Assembly: GCA_001724985.1 (NCBI GenBank)
Contig: MEEW01000003.1
Coordinates: 1 to 40,951, forward strand
Direction of reading: 5' to 3'
DNA from: Phenylobacterium sp. SCN 69-14
GTDB taxonomy: Bacteria > Pseudomonadota > Alphaproteobacteria > Caulobacterales > Caulobacteraceae
Length of the DNA stretch: 40,951 nucleotides
Every line of letters begins with the position of its first letter. Positions within the stretch are counted from its first letter, which is position 1. The notes under the pieces were generated by a model. The model searched no databases. It was given only the letters and a program-made list of their open reading frames with translations, and had not been told where the DNA came from. Below are positions 7,918-18,332 of this stretch, in pieces. Position numbers and translations under genes: made by a program.

Positions 7918-8535
7918 TTGGCCAACTTCCTGCATTTCGGTGACCTTCCCGACGGCGTTTTCGCCGATGCGACGGCTGTCGCGGTCGATTCGGAGACCAT
8001 GGGCCTGGCGCTCGGCCGCGACCCGCTCTGCGTGGTCCAGCTTTCCGACGGCCAGGGCGATGCGCACCTGGTCCAGCTCGACCGCTCGACCTACGACGCG
8101 CCGAACCTGAAGCGCGTGCTGACTGATCCGAAGATCCTGAAGATTTTCCACTTCGGCCGCTTTGATATCGCCATGTTCCACCTCCATCTTGGGGTGATGA
8201 CGGCTCCGGTCTACTGCACCAAGATCGCCTCCAAGCTGGCGCGGACCTATACGGACCGCCATGGCCTGAAGGACGTCTGCCGCGAACTGCTGGGCGTCGA
8301 CATCTCCAAGACCCAGCAGAGCTCGGACTGGGGCGCGGCCAAGCTCAGCGACGACCAGGTGGCCTATGCGGCCTCGGACGTCCTGCACCTGCACGCCCTG
8401 CGCGCCAAGCTGGACGCCATGCTGGTCCGCGAGGGCCGCGACGGCCTGGCCCGCGCCTGTTTCGACTTCCTTCCCCATCGCGCCCTGCTGGACGTCAGGG
8501 GTTGGGAAGGGGTCGACATCTTCGCGCATTCCTGA
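7918..8535 (+). CDS. rnd: Ribonuclease D (DEDDy 3'-5' exonuclease)
   Basis: AVDSETMG, FHFGRFD, SSDWG, YAASDV. TTG start inferred. Confidence 0.9.
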   Translation: MANFLHFGDLPDGVFADATAVAVDSETMGLALGRDPLCVVQLSDGQGDAHLVQLDRSTYDAPNLKRVLTDPKILKIFHFGRFDIAMFHLHLGVMTAPVYCTKIASKLARTYTDRHGLKDVCRELLGVDISKTQQSSDWGAAKLSDDQVAYAASDVLHLHALRAKLDAMLVREGRDGLARACFDFLPHRALLDVRGWEGVDIFAHS

Positions 8536-8542
8536 GGCCGCC

Positions 8543-9160
8543 ATGACCCTGGCCGCCGCCGTTCCAGCGCAGCCGCACGGCCGGGACTTCGAGCGCTGGC
8601 GGCGGCGTTCGCGCCTGATCCGCCGCCTGCGGGTGATCCTGCCGGCGCTGATCGCCCTGATCCTGCTGGCCATGGCCGGCTTCGTCCTGCACACCACCTT
8701 CCTCGGCCGCGACGCTGCGCCACGCGAGGCGGACGCGCCGATCGAACTGGTCAACCCGCGCTTCGTCGGCAAGGACGACAGGGGCCGCGCCTTCGTCATC
8801 ACCGCTTCGGCCGCCGTCCGCGACGAGAACGACTACCAGCGCGTGCTGCTGGAGGAGCCGGCCCTGATCCTCGACGCCGAGGGCGTCAATCCCCGGCGCG
8901 TCACCGCCAAGTCCGGCGTCTACAGCGAGGACCGCCGCGTCCTGAACCTCGACGGCGGCGTCAGGATGAGCGGCGCGGACACCAGTTTCGACACCCTCAG
9001 CTCGATCTTCAACACCGCCACCGGCGAACTGGAGGGCGAGGGGCCGATCTCCGGCTCGTCCTCGCTTGGCGAAATCACCGCGAAGTCCTATGGCGTGTAC
9101 GACAAGGGCGAGCGCCTGGTCTTCAAGGGCGGGGTGCGCGGACGCATCGATTCGAAGTAG
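8543..9160 (+). CDS. lptC: LPS export protein LptC
   Basis: Single N-terminal TM helix, NPRFVGKD, position before lptA/lptB. Confidence 0.82.
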   Translation: MTLAAAVPAQPHGRDFERWRRRSRLIRRLRVILPALIALILLAMAGFVLHTTFLGRDAAPREADAPIELVNPRFVGKDDRGRAFVITASAAVRDENDYQRVLLEEPALILDAEGVNPRRVTAKSGVYSEDRRVLNLDGGVRMSGADTSFDTLSSIFNTATGELEGEGPISGSSSLGEITAKSYGVYDKGERLVFKGGVRGRIDSK

Positions 9161-9227
9161 AGCTTTCGGACTCGACCTTTCGGACCAGGCTTCCCAGATG
9201 GGCTTCATGAGCATGAGCGGGCTTGAA

Positions 9228-9764
9228 ATGACGAAGCTGGCGGCCGTTGCGGCCTTGGCGCTGGGCCTGGCGGGCCCCGCGGCGGCGCAGATCGCCGGCA
9301 GTTCGGACGCTCCCGTCGACATCACCGCCGACGCGCTGGAGGTCGTGAACAACCAGTGCATGTCGATCTGGAGCGGTTCGGCCGAGGCGCTGCAGGATCG
9401 CACCCGCCTGCGGGCCGACACCATCAAGACCTATTCCAAGAAGGCGCCCGGCAAGGCGAACGGCCAGGGCTCCTGCGGAGCGCTCGACCGCATGGAGGCG
9501 ATCGGCAACGTCTACTACGTCACGCCCCAGCAGAAGGTGCGCGGCGACAACGCCGTCTATGACGTCGGCGCCGAGCGCATCGTCATCACCGGCGACGTCG
9601 TGGCGGTCTCCGGCCAGAACGTGATCCGCGGCTCGCGCCTGGTGGTGAACTCGGCCACCGGCGACGCCCAGATGGAGGCCGGCGCCAAGGGCCCGGGCAA
9701 GGCCCGCCCGCGCGCGGTGATCTATCCGAACCAGAAGGCGGGTCCGGCCGCCTCGCGGCGCTAG
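9228..9764 (+). CDS. lptA: LPS transport periplasmic protein LptA/OstA
   Basis: Signal peptide, PVDITAD, beta-jellyroll-like repeats. Start could be 9198-9228. Confidence 0.85.
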   Translation: MTKLAAVAALALGLAGPAAAQIAGSSDAPVDITADALEVVNNQCMSIWSGSAEALQDRTRLRADTIKTYSKKAPGKANGQGSCGALDRMEAIGNVYYVTPQQKVRGDNAVYDVGAERIVITGDVVAVSGQNVIRGSRLVVNSATGDAQMEAGAKGPGKARPRAVIYPNQKAGPAASRR

Positions 9765-9774
9765 GCGACCGCCT

Positions 9775-10539
9775 TTGCAGCCGGACAGCCGCGAGGCCGA
9801 AGCGACCCTGCCGCTGGACGGCCTGGTGGTCGACAACATCGGCAAGTCATTCCGCAAGCGCCCGGTGGTGAAGGGCGTCTCCCTGCGCCTGGCCCGCGGC
9901 GAGGTCGTCGGCCTGCTCGGCCCCAACGGGGCGGGCAAGACCACCTGCTTCTACATGATCACCGGCCTGATCCCCGCCGACTACGGCTCGATCTACCTGG
10001 ACGGCGAGAACATCACCCGCCAGCCGATGTACCAGCGCGCGCGCATGGGCGTCGGCTACCTGCCGCAGGAAACCTCGATCTTCCGCGCCATGACCGTGGA
10101 GGAGAACGTGATGGCCGTGGTCGAACTGCGCGAGCGCAGCCAGGCGCGCGCCCGGCAGACGGTGACCGAGCTGCTTCAGGAACTGCGCATCGAGCACCTG
10201 CGCAACTCGCCGGCCATCTCGCTGTCGGGGGGCGAGCGCCGCCGCGTCGAGATCGCCCGCGCGCTGGCCAGCGAGCCGTCCTTCATGCTGCTGGACGAAC
10301 CCTTCGCCGGCATCGACCCGCTGGCCATCGCCGACATCCGCGAGGTGATCGCCTATCTGAAGGGCCGCGGCATCGGCATCCTGATCACCGACCACAATGT
10401 CCGCGAGACGCTCGACATCATCGACCGCGCCTCGATCATCCACGCCGGCGAAGTGCTGTTCGAAGGCACGCCCGACCAGATCGTCGACGATCCGGAAGTG
10501 CGCCGCGTCTATCTGGGCGAGCGCTTCGGCCAGGAATAG
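9775..10539 (+). CDS. lptB: LPS export ABC ATPase LptB
   Basis: GPNGAGKT, YLPQE, LSGGERRRVEIAR, LLDEPFAGIDP, ITDHNVRETL. Confidence 0.96.
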   Translation: MQPDSREAEATLPLDGLVVDNIGKSFRKRPVVKGVSLRLARGEVVGLLGPNGAGKTTCFYMITGLIPADYGSIYLDGENITRQPMYQRARMGVGYLPQETSIFRAMTVEENVMAVVELRERSQARARQTVTELLQELRIEHLRNSPAISLSGGERRRVEIARALASEPSFMLLDEPFAGIDPLAIADIREVIAYLKGRGIGILITDHNVRETLDIIDRASIIHAGEVLFEGTPDQIVDDPEVRRVYLGERFGQE

Positions 10540-10575
10540 GGAGCGGCGAGCGGCCGCTCCCCATCTCGCGGTGCG

Positions 10576-12066
10576 TCAGGCCACGCCCGCGAAGGTCAGC
10601 AGGTCGACCATGGTGAAATCGTCGCCCTGTTTCGAAGCGTCCACCGTCGGCAGGTTCGGTTGCCAGTCCGGCTCCTGCGACAGGTAGGAGCTGCGGTCCC
10701 CTTCCAGCAGGCCGAGGAACACCTCGGTGACGATCCGCCCGCCCACCGGCCCCAGCCGCTCGCCGTTCTCGGCCACCTGGGCTTCGCGCAGGATGTAGAA
10801 CCAGAGCGGGGTGCGGTCATCCAGGCCGTGCGGTTTCAGGTCCGCCAGGTCGCCCTTGGAGAGCGGCGTCAGCCCCATGGCCTTGGCCACCTTCTGTCCC
10901 GAGGGCAGCGAGAAGGTCAGGTGCCGCAAGAGGTTCCGCTGGGCCAGGGACGAGGGGTTGGTCTTCGGGTCCGGATTGGCGACCACCGAGCCGGGCAGCT
11001 TGAAGAGGGCGGTCGAGAGCGTGGTGTCGATCTTCTTGTTGGGCCGCACCTGGCCGTCGCCGAAGTCGAAGAAGGTCGGCCAGTCCACGAACCGCCGCGC
11101 CGCCCGGCAGCCGCCGGAGAGATCGTCCGGGTCCAGAGGATTGGACGGCGTCGGGGTGAAGATCATGCCGAAGAACGGCTGGCCGCCGGGATTGCCTGTG
11201 AAGTTCGCCCGATAGGACGGCCGGATCTGGCTGTGGCCGAAGCGATAGGCCGCGACCGAGAACTCGACCGGGATATAGGGTTCGTTGTTCCACTTGTAGT
11301 GCTTGCGCCCGTTCGCCAGCACGTCGTCCACGATCGCCGCCCCGCAGGTCTTCTTGAGGAACTCGTGCACGACGATCCACTGGTAGTGCCAGCGCACGAT
11401 CCGCTGGGCCTCGGCGAACACCGCATCGGGCCGGGTCAGGCCGAACTTGGCCTTCACATGGTCGACCACCGCATTGTGGAACTTCAGGAACGCGACCTGG
11501 AGCTGGCAGATGATCAGGTTCTCGTCGTCGCGCGGATCGCCGATCAGCGCCACGCCCTGGCTGTTGCGCGGCACGTCGAACTTGCCCGGCGTGCCGGTCT
11601 CCTCCAGCAGGAACCTGATCCCCTGGCCGGCCGGGCTCTGGTCGTAGAGGTGCGGACTGCCGCCCGGACCCGCGCCATAGACGTTGTCGAGCCCCAGACT
11701 CGGCGTGCGGAAGTTCGAGATCTGCTCGGGATCGGCCTGGCGCTCCAGGCTCGACGTCGGGTCCGACGTGATGTCGTGGTCGATGAACTGGCCCAGGAAG
11801 GTGAAGCCCGCGGTCAGGGCCGGGTTGTTCGGGTTCTTGGCCGACAAGGGGGCGTCGGTGATCAGCTTGATCGGACCCTCGGACAGCTTGTCCTTGGCGT
11901 CCATCACCCCGCCGGCCTTGCCGATCTCCAGCAGGGCCGCGCGGATCTCCGGCGTATCGGAGGCGAAGGGCGGCAAGTCGCCGAACATGCGGCCGAAACG
12001 GCCGGAGTCGAAGTATTTCGGCAGCGGCGGAACTATGTCGTGCGGATATATGCCATGACGCGCCAT
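10576..12066 (-). CDS. Heme peroxidase, peroxidase-cyclooxygenase (animal-type) superfamily
   Basis: GQFIDHD (distal His), DPRDDEN, AYRFGHS (proximal His), TPLWFYILREA. Confidence 0.88.
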   Translation of the reverse strand: MARHGIYPHDIVPPLPKYFDSGRFGRMFGDLPPFASDTPEIRAALLEIGKAGGVMDAKDKLSEGPIKLITDAPLSAKNPNNPALTAGFTFLGQFIDHDITSDPTSSLERQADPEQISNFRTPSLGLDNVYGAGPGGSPHLYDQSPAGQGIRFLLEETGTPGKFDVPRNSQGVALIGDPRDDENLIICQLQVAFLKFHNAVVDHVKAKFGLTRPDAVFAEAQRIVRWHYQWIVVHEFLKKTCGAAIVDDVLANGRKHYKWNNEPYIPVEFSVAAYRFGHSQIRPSYRANFTGNPGGQPFFGMIFTPTPSNPLDPDDLSGGCRAARRFVDWPTFFDFGDGQVRPNKKIDTTLSTALFKLPGSVVANPDPKTNPSSLAQRNLLRHLTFSLPSGQKVAKAMGLTPLSKGDLADLKPHGLDDRTPLWFYILREAQVAENGERLGPVGGRIVTEVFLGLLEGDRSSYLSQEPDWQPNLPTVDASKQGDDFTMVDLLTFAGVA

Positions 12067-12242
12067 GGGTGTTCTCCCTCGCGGACAGTGGGGGAACCGC
12101 CCGCCATTAGTATTAATAACGGCGTTCTCGGTCGACGCCTGAATTCGCCTATAAGGCGAAACCGACGACTTGGAAATACTGGAAAATATACTTAAAAATC
12201 AACAGCAGCGCTTGTTATCTATACTTTGGCGCCGCTCGCCCC

Positions 12243-12971
12243 TCAGGCCGGGGCGTCAGGCCGCATCTTCTCCAGATGCCGCCGGCCCTCCGCCTCGCGC
12301 TCGACCCGCCAGCGGGCGCGCAGCAGCGCCGGACGCTCGGGATAGCGCGCCTCCAGGAAGTCGCAGGCCACCACCCGGTCGGTGCGGAAGTTGCGGAAGG
12401 CCGCGCGCAGTTCGCACCAGCCGACCAGGATGCGCACCGTCTCGTGATAGCCGACCGTCACCGGCCAGATGACCCGCTCGGTCTCGCGCTCCTGCTCGTC
12501 GCGATAGCGCAGCGAGAGCTTGCGCCCGCCATGGATCGCCGCCCGCACCTGGGCCATGTCGAGTTGGTCGGGCGCCGCCGCGCGCCAGGCCGGCACCGCG
12601 CGCCCCGCCGGCTCCAGCACATAGGGACGCAGCCGCTCGGGCACCGAGGCGCCGATCTTTGCGATCAGGTCCTGGGCCGCGCGCGCCAGGGACGGGTCGC
12701 CCCGGCTGGCCACCCACTGGGCGCCCAGCACCGCCGCCTCGATCTCGTCGGGGGTCAGCATCAGCGGCGGCAGGTCGAAACCCTGGTCCAGCACATAGCC
12801 CATGCCCGCCTCGCCGCGGATCGGCACCCTCTGGCCCATCAGGGTGGCGATGTCGCGATAGACCGTGCGCTTGGAGGTCTCCAGCTCCTCGGCGATGGCG
12901 TCGGCGGTGATCGGGGCGCGCGCCCGGCGCAGGATCTGAATGATCTGGAACAGGCGGTCGGCGCGTCGCAT
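12243..12971 (-). CDS. YafY-family HTH-WYL transcriptional regulator
   Basis: MRRADRLFQIIQIL, SKRTVYRDI, LPPLMLT, WCELRAAFRNFRTDR. Confidence 0.9.
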   Translation of the reverse strand: MRRADRLFQIIQILRRARAPITADAIAEELETSKRTVYRDIATLMGQRVPIRGEAGMGYVLDQGFDLPPLMLTPDEIEAAVLGAQWVASRGDPSLARAAQDLIAKIGASVPERLRPYVLEPAGRAVPAWRAAAPDQLDMAQVRAAIHGGRKLSLRYRDEQERETERVIWPVTVGYHETVRILVGWCELRAAFRNFRTDRVVACDFLEARYPERPALLRARWRVEREAEGRRHLEKMRPDAPA

Positions 12972-13009
12972 GGAGATCTGCTTCATGGGGCCGCAGCATC
13001 GCCCAGCGG

Positions 13010-13030
13010 TGCTGACAGGGATTGGCAGCA
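13010..13030. promoter_or_regulatory. Palindromic operator TGCTGACA-N5-TGGCAGCA, probable site of the WYL regulator
   Basis: 7/8 inverted repeat about 40 bp upstream of the regulator start. Confidence 0.6.
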
Positions 13031-13169
13031 TATTGGCGGCAAGGGCCGCGGACGCCAATCCCGCATCGCCGCGGCGTGGGGCGCGCCGGAAAGCTTGGCC
13101 GTCCGGTTAACACTTCGGTTGTGATGCCCGCGCTAACCTGACCAGCAAGATTCAGGCCAGGAGGCGGAT

Positions 13170-14657
13170 TTGGCGCTGGGGGCGCGGTTAGAGCTTCGTC
13201 AGGGGCAGGGGCTGGTCATCACCCCGCAGTTGCAGCAGGCGATCAAGCTGCTGCAACTGTCGAACCTTGAGCTCGAAGCCTTCGTCGAGGGCGAGCTGGA
13301 GCGCAACCCGCTGCTCCAGCGCGACGAGCGCGATTCCGAACCTGACCGCGAGGAAACTCCGCGCGCCGAGGAGGCCTCCGCCGAGGCCGCATCCGACCAC
13401 GCCGCCTCGGCCGACATGGACATGGCCCACGACCAGGCCTCGCCCGGCGAGCACGCCACCGGCGACGCCGCCGAGGCCGCCCACGCCGGCGGCGCCATCG
13501 ACTGGTCCCGCGCCGGCAAGGGCGGCAGCTTCGAGGACTCCGAGGATTTCGAGGGCCGACTGACCCGCGAGAAAACCCTCTCCGAACACCTGCACGACCA
13601 GTTGGCCGTCGCCGGCCTGTCGCCGGCCGGGAACGCCATCGCCGCGGTGCTGATCGACGGCGTGGACGAGGGCGGCTACCTGCGCTGCGACCTTGCCGAG
13701 ACCGCCGAGCGCCTGGGCTGCGAACTGGCCGCCGTCGAGGCGGTGCTGACCAGCCTGCAGGGCTTCGAGCCGGTCGGGGTCTTCGCCCGCGACGTGCGCG
13801 AATGCCTGATGATCCAGCTCAAGGACCGCGACCGCTGCGACCCGGCCATGATGGCCCTGCTGGACAATCTCGACCTACTGGCCCGCCGCGACATGAACGC
13901 CCTGCGCAAGGCCTGCGGCGTCGACGACGAGGACCTGCGCGACATGGTCGCCGAACTGCGCGGCCTGACGCCCCGCCCCGGCGCGGCCTTCGGCGGCGAG
14001 CCCAGCCAGCCCGTCGCCCCGGACGTCTATGTGCGCGAGGGCCTGGGCGGCCTCTGGCACGTCGAGCTCAACACCGACACCCTGCCGCGGCTGCTGATCG
14101 ACCAGCGCTACCACGCCCGCGTCTCGGGCGGCGCGCGCACCGAGCAGGAAAAGGTGTTCGTGGCCGACTGCATGGCCAGCGCCAACTGGCTGGTGAAGAG
14201 CCTCGACCAGCGGGCCAAGACCATCCTCAAGGTCGCCAGCGAGATCGTGCGCCAGCAGGACGGCTTCCTGGCCTTCGGGGTCGAGCACCTGCGCCCGCTG
14301 AACCTCAAGACCGTGGCCGACGCCATCGGCATGCACGAATCCACCGTCAGCCGCGTGACCTCGAACAAGTACATCGCCACGCCGCGCGGCCTGTTCGAGC
14401 TGAAGTTCTTCTTCACCTCCTCGATCGCCTCGACCTCGGGCGGCGAGGCCCACTCGGCCGAGAGCGTGCGCCACAAGATCAAGCAGCTCATCGACGGCGA
14501 ACGCAACGAGGCCGAGGTGCATTCCGACGACCGCATCGTCGAGATCCTCAAGGAGATCGGCGTCGACATCGCCCGCCGCACGGTGGCCAAGTACCGTGAG
14601 GCCATGCGCATCCCCTCGTCCGTCGAACGGCGGCGGATGCTGAAGGAAACCGCCTAA
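13170..14657 (+). CDS. rpoN: RNA polymerase sigma-54 factor
   Basis: [20 protein letters not shown], RpoN box [10 protein letters not shown]. Confidence 0.97.
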   Translation: MALGARLELRQGQGLVITPQLQQAIKLLQLSNLELEAFVEGELERNPLLQRDERDSEPDREETPRAEEASAEAASDHAASADMDMAHDQASPGEHATGDAAEAAHAGGAIDWSRAGKGGSFEDSEDFEGRLTREKTLSEHLHDQLAVAGLSPAGNAIAAVLIDGVDEGGYLRCDLAETAERLGCELAAVEAVLTSLQGFEPVGVFARDVRECLMIQLKDRDRCDPAMMALLDNLDLLARRDMNALRKACGVDDEDLRDMVAELRGLTPRPGAAFGGEPSQPVAPDVYVREGLGGLWHVELNTDTLPRLLIDQRYHARVSGGARTEQEKVFVADCMASANWLVKSLDQRAKTILKVASEIVRQQDGFLAFGVEHLRPLNLKTVADAIGMHESTVSRVTSNKYIATPRGLFELKFFFTSSIASTSGGEAHSAESVRHKIKQLIDGERNEAEVHSDDRIVEILKEIGVDIARRTVAKYREAMRIPSSVERRRMLKETA

Positions 14658-15787
14658 GGCGCGAGGGCCGCCGCCCACTCCGCACGCACCGCTTCGTCGG
14701 CCTCCTGAGCGCGTTCGCCCAGCCGGGCGAAATCGGCCGGCGGCAGCAGCCGCGACAGCGCCCAGACCGCCGCCCCGCGCACCAGCGGCGAAGGATCGTC
14801 CAGCAAGCGCTCCGCCGCCGCCGCCAACGCCTGGTCGCCGGAATTGCCCGCCGCATAGAGCACGTTGCGCAGGAAGCGGTCGCGGCCGATCCGCTTGACC
14901 GGGTTCTTGGCGAACAGCGCCCGGAAGGCCGGGTCGTCCAGCTCCAGCAGATCGGCCAGTGCCGGCGCCCTCAGCGCCTCGCGCGCCGCCAGCCGCTGCT
15001 CGCGCGCCTGGGCGGCGAACTTGTTCCACGGACAGACCGCCAGGCAGTCGTCGCAGCCATAGATGCGGGCGCCCAGCATCGGCCGCAGCTCGGCCGGGAC
15101 CGGACCCTTCAGCTCGATGGTCAGGTACGAGATGCAGCGCCGCGCATCGAGCTGGTAGGGCGCGGGAAACGCCCCCGTCGGACAGGCGTCGAGGCAGGCC
15201 CGGCACTGGCCGCACGAGCCGCCGCTGGACCCGTCGGGCGCCAGCTCCAGCTCCGTCAGGATCGAGCCCAGGAACAGCCAGGAGCCGAACTCGCGGCTGA
15301 CGAGATTGGTGTGCTTGCCCTGCCAGCCCAGGCCCGCCCGCTCGGCCAGCGGCTTTTCCATCAGCGGCGCGGTGTCGACGAACACCTTGAGCTCCCCCCC
15401 GAACCGCGAGGCGACGAACGAGGCAAGCTGCTTCAGCCGCCCCTTGATCAGTTCGTGATAGTCGTCGCCCTGGGCGTAGACCGAGATCACCCCGCGGTCC
15501 CTGGCCTTCAGCGCCTCCAGCGGATCGTGGTCGGGCCCGTAATTGACCCCCAGCATGATCGCCGAGCGCGCGCCCTCCCACATGGCGGTGGGATGACGGC
15601 GGCGGTCCTCGGTGTCGGCCATCCAGCCCATCTCGCCATGGCGGCCGGCCTGCACGAACTGATGCAGATGGGTTGCGGCGTCCCAGGCCTCGCGCGCGTC
15701 GGCGAAGCGGCAGGCGTCGAAACCGAGTTCGACGGCGCGCCTGCGGATCAGCTCGGTCGTTCGGGTGTCAGAAGTCGAGGTCGTCAT
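14654..15787 (-). CDS. queG: Epoxyqueuosine reductase
   Basis: [45 protein letters not shown]. Confidence 0.95.
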   Translation of the reverse strand: MTTSTSDTRTTELIRRRAVELGFDACRFADAREAWDAATHLHQFVQAGRHGEMGWMADTEDRRRHPTAMWEGARSAIMLGVNYGPDHDPLEALKARDRGVISVYAQGDDYHELIKGRLKQLASFVASRFGGELKVFVDTAPLMEKPLAERAGLGWQGKHTNLVSREFGSWLFLGSILTELELAPDGSSGGSCGQCRACLDACPTGAFPAPYQLDARRCISYLTIELKGPVPAELRPMLGARIYGCDDCLAVCPWNKFAAQAREQRLAAREALRAPALADLLELDDPAFRALFAKNPVKRIGRDRFLRNVLYAAGNSGDQALAAAAERLLDDPSPLVRGAAVWALSRLLPPADFARLGERAQEADEAVRAEWAAALAP

Positions 15788-16454
15788 AGTGCTGCGCCGG
15801 CGCGAGGCCGGGCCAGCGGTCGGCCAGCAGCGGCCGGAAGCACGGCCTCGATTTCAGCTTCATGTACCAGGTCTTCACCGCCGGGAAGTCCCGCCAGGGC
15901 ACATCGCCGAAATAGTCGATGACCGACAGGTGCGCGGCCGCCGCGAAATCGGCCAGCGACAGCCGCCGCCCGGCCAGCCATTCGCGCCCGGCCAGCAGGG
16001 CCTCGACATAGACCAGGTGCGCGCGCAGCGCCTCGCGTCCGGCCCGCATGGCGGCCAGGTCCGGCGCGCCCAGGCCCAGCAGCCGCTTTTCCATCTTTTC
16101 GTGCAGCAGGAAGCCGCCGACCTCGTAGTCGAACTTGCGGTCGAACCATTGCAGCAGCCGCCGCGCCTCGGCCCGCTCGGCGGCGTCGCGGCCCAGCAGC
16201 GGCGGTTCGGGATAGGTTTCCTCGAGGTGGTCGAGGATCGCCCGGCTCTCGCACAGCACGAGGTTGTCGCGGCCGTTCGAGGCGACCAGCACCGGCGTCA
16301 GCCCCGACGGGTTCATCTTCACCAGGGCGGCGGGCCGCTCCCAGTAGCGCACCTGCTCCTCGGCGAAGGGCAGGCGCTTTTCCCCCAGCGCGAGGCGGAC
16401 CTGGCGCGAGGCCGGGTCGAGCGGGAAATGGTGCAGGGTGAGGTCGGGACGCAT
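15768..16454 (-). CDS. fzlA: FtsZ-binding GST-fold protein FzlA
   Basis: GST fold, 228 aa, C-terminal HYDDLDF characteristic of Caulobacter FzlA. Confidence 0.88.
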   Translation of the reverse strand: MRPDLTLHHFPLDPASRQVRLALGEKRLPFAEEQVRYWERPAALVKMNPSGLTPVLVASNGRDNLVLCESRAILDHLEETYPEPPLLGRDAAERAEARRLLQWFDRKFDYEVGGFLLHEKMEKRLLGLGAPDLAAMRAGREALRAHLVYVEALLAGREWLAGRRLSLADFAAAAHLSVIDYFGDVPWRDFPAVKTWYMKLKSRPCFRPLLADRWPGLAPAQHYDDLDF

Positions 16455-16481
16455 GAGACGGCCTAGTCTTGCAGATCCTCG

Positions 16482-16497
16482 TTAAGGCCGCGTTTAC
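16482..16497. promoter_or_regulatory. CtrA-like box TTAA-N7-TTTAC upstream of fzlA
   Basis: One mismatch to TTAA-N7-TTAAC. Confidence 0.55.
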
Positions 16498-16509
16498 CGA
16501 GGGCCGATC

Positions 16510-17307
16510 CTAGCCGATCCGGCTCGACATGCCGCCGTCGACGAACAGCACCGTGCCGGTGATGAACCGCGCCTCGTCGCTGGCCAGGAACAGGGCCGCA
16601 TAGGCGGTGTCCCAGGCCGTGCCCATCCTGCCCCCCAGCGGCACGCGCGCATTGCGCGCCTCGCGCACCGCCTGTTGCTCCTGGCCGCTGGCCTGGGCGA
16701 TGCCGGCCACGGCCATCGGGGTGTCGAGCAGGCCCATGGCCACGGCGTTGCAGCGCACGCCCTTGGACGCGTTGGCTTGGGCGATGCTGGTGGTCAGCCG
16801 GTTCACCGCGGCCTTGGAGATCTCGTAGGCGGTCTGGTTTCCGCCGGCGATCGAGGCCAGGGACGAGATATAGACGATCGACCCGGCGCCCTGCTCGCGC
16901 AGGGTCGGCAGGACGGCCTTGCCGACCTGCCAGGCGCCTTTCAGGTTCACCGCCAGGATGCGGTCGAACGCCTCCTCGGTCAGCCGGTGGGCCGGGCCGT
17001 CGCCGCCCCCGCCGATCCCGACATTGTTAACCACGATGTCGACGGCCCCGAACCGCGCCCTGGCCGCCTCGACCATGGCCGCGCAATCCTCGGCCCGCAC
17101 GATGTCGGCGGCGAGAGCCGCCGCGCGGCCGCCCTCGGCCTCGATCATCGCCATCGTTTCCTGGGCGCGGTCGAGCCGCCGGTCGACGCAGAGCACGTCG
17201 GCGCCCTCCCGTGCGAACAGCAGCGCAACGGCCCGGCCGTTGCCGACGGTCTCGCCCGGCGTCTGGCCCGCCCCGACGACGATGGCGCTCTTGCCTGCCA
17301 GCCGCAT
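16510..17307 (-). CDS. Short-chain dehydrogenase/reductase
   Basis: GNGRAVA, VNNVG, YEISK catalytic YxxxK. Confidence 0.9.
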   Translation of the reverse strand: MRLAGKSAIVVGAGQTPGETVGNGRAVALLFAREGADVLCVDRRLDRAQETMAMIEAEGGRAAALAADIVRAEDCAAMVEAARARFGAVDIVVNNVGIGGGGDGPAHRLTEEAFDRILAVNLKGAWQVGKAVLPTLREQGAGSIVYISSLASIAGGNQTAYEISKAAVNRLTTSIAQANASKGVRCNAVAMGLLDTPMAVAGIAQASGQEQQAVREARNARVPLGGRMGTAWDTAYAALFLASDEARFITGTVLFVDGGMSSRIG

Positions 17308-17309
17308 GG

Positions 17310-17873
17310 TCAGAAGCCCCTCAGGTCGGGATCGAGGCTCTGGCCCGCGTCGAGCTGCACCCCGAACGAATTGAGGATCATCGAGACCTGGGTGTACTGG
17401 CCGGCGGTGAACACCACGTCCATGCACTGCTTGTCGGTGAAATGCGCCTTCAGCGCCGCCCAGGTCGCATCGGTGATGAACTGGTCGTGGTGCAGTTCGT
17501 CCGAGGCACGCAACAGCGCCTGGTCGGCGGCGCTCCACCCGGGCGCGCCGGCGCCGCCCTTGATCCGCGCCACCTCGTCGTCGGTCAGGCCGGCGCGCTG
17601 GCCGATCGGCACGTGCTGGGTCCACTCGTAGCCCGAGCGGCAGAGATAGCCGATGCGCAGGATGACGATCTCGCGCTCGCGTGGCGGCAGGTCGTTCTTC
17701 TTCGACAGCACGTAATTGCCCCAGGCGAGGAAGCCCTTCGCCGCCTTCGGCGCCTGGACCATGGTGCGGAAGATGTTCAGCACCCGCTCGCCCATCGGGG
17801 CGAGGATTTCCTTCTGCTCGTCGGTGAGGTCGGCGTCCTGGACCGGCGCGATCCGAGGCTTGGCGAGGCGCAT
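17310..17873 (-). CDS. Carboxymuconolactone decarboxylase/AhpD-like protein
   Basis: REREIVILR...YEWTQH motif. Confidence 0.85.
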   Translation of the reverse strand: MRLAKPRIAPVQDADLTDEQKEILAPMGERVLNIFRTMVQAPKAAKGFLAWGNYVLSKKNDLPPREREIVILRIGYLCRSGYEWTQHVPIGQRAGLTDDEVARIKGGAGAPGWSAADQALLRASDELHHDQFITDATWAALKAHFTDKQCMDVVFTAGQYTQVSMILNSFGVQLDAGQSLDPDLRGF

Positions 17874-17962
17874 GCGGCGTTTTCCCTAATTCGGCTTTTC
17901 TGGTTCGGCGTCAGCAAAGCCCGCCCGCGCCGCCCATGCAAGCTTTCGAGCAGCCGGTACGC

Positions 17963-18286
17963 TCAGGCTTCCAGATCGGCCTTCAGCCTTTCCAGCACGC
18001 TCACCGCCCGCTCGGCGTAGGGCCCGATCCAGCGGTCGTGAATCTGCTTGATGGGCATGGAGTTCAGGTGGTTCCAGCGCTCGCGCCCCCGGCGCGTGGC
18101 GATCACCAGCCCCGCGGCCTCCAGAACCTTCAGGTGCTGCATCACCGTACAGCGGTCGAGTTCCGGAAACCGTCCGCACAGGTCCCCGGTCGTCAGCGGC
18201 GCATCGCGGAGCCGGTCGAGAATCCCCCGTCGGGTGGGCGAGGCCAAGGCTTTGAAAATCAGGTCGTTTTCCGACTCGCTTGACAT
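17963..18286 (-). CDS. ArsR/SmtB family regulator
   Basis: FKALASPTRRGIL, QHLKVLEAAGLV, GRERW. Confidence 0.9.
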   Translation of the reverse strand: MSSESENDLIFKALASPTRRGILDRLRDAPLTTGDLCGRFPELDRCTVMQHLKVLEAAGLVIATRRGRERWNHLNSMPIKQIHDRWIGPYAERAVSVLERLKADLEA

Positions 18287-18304
18287 GTTATAAATCTATA
18301 ACAT
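18285..18304. promoter_or_regulatory. Perfect 8-4-8 palindrome ATGTTATA-AATC-TATAACAT, probable ArsR operator
   Basis: Lies between the divergent arsR-like and SRPBCC genes and overlaps the arsR start codon. Confidence 0.75.
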
Positions 18305-18332
18305 AATGGGGTTGGAGACAAGGAGCAGGATC

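Noticed and set aside
12170-12472. 100-aa plus-strand ORF starting in the AT-rich spacer
   Set aside because: Overlaps the WYL gene antisense with no motif or RBS. The region is more likely regulatory.
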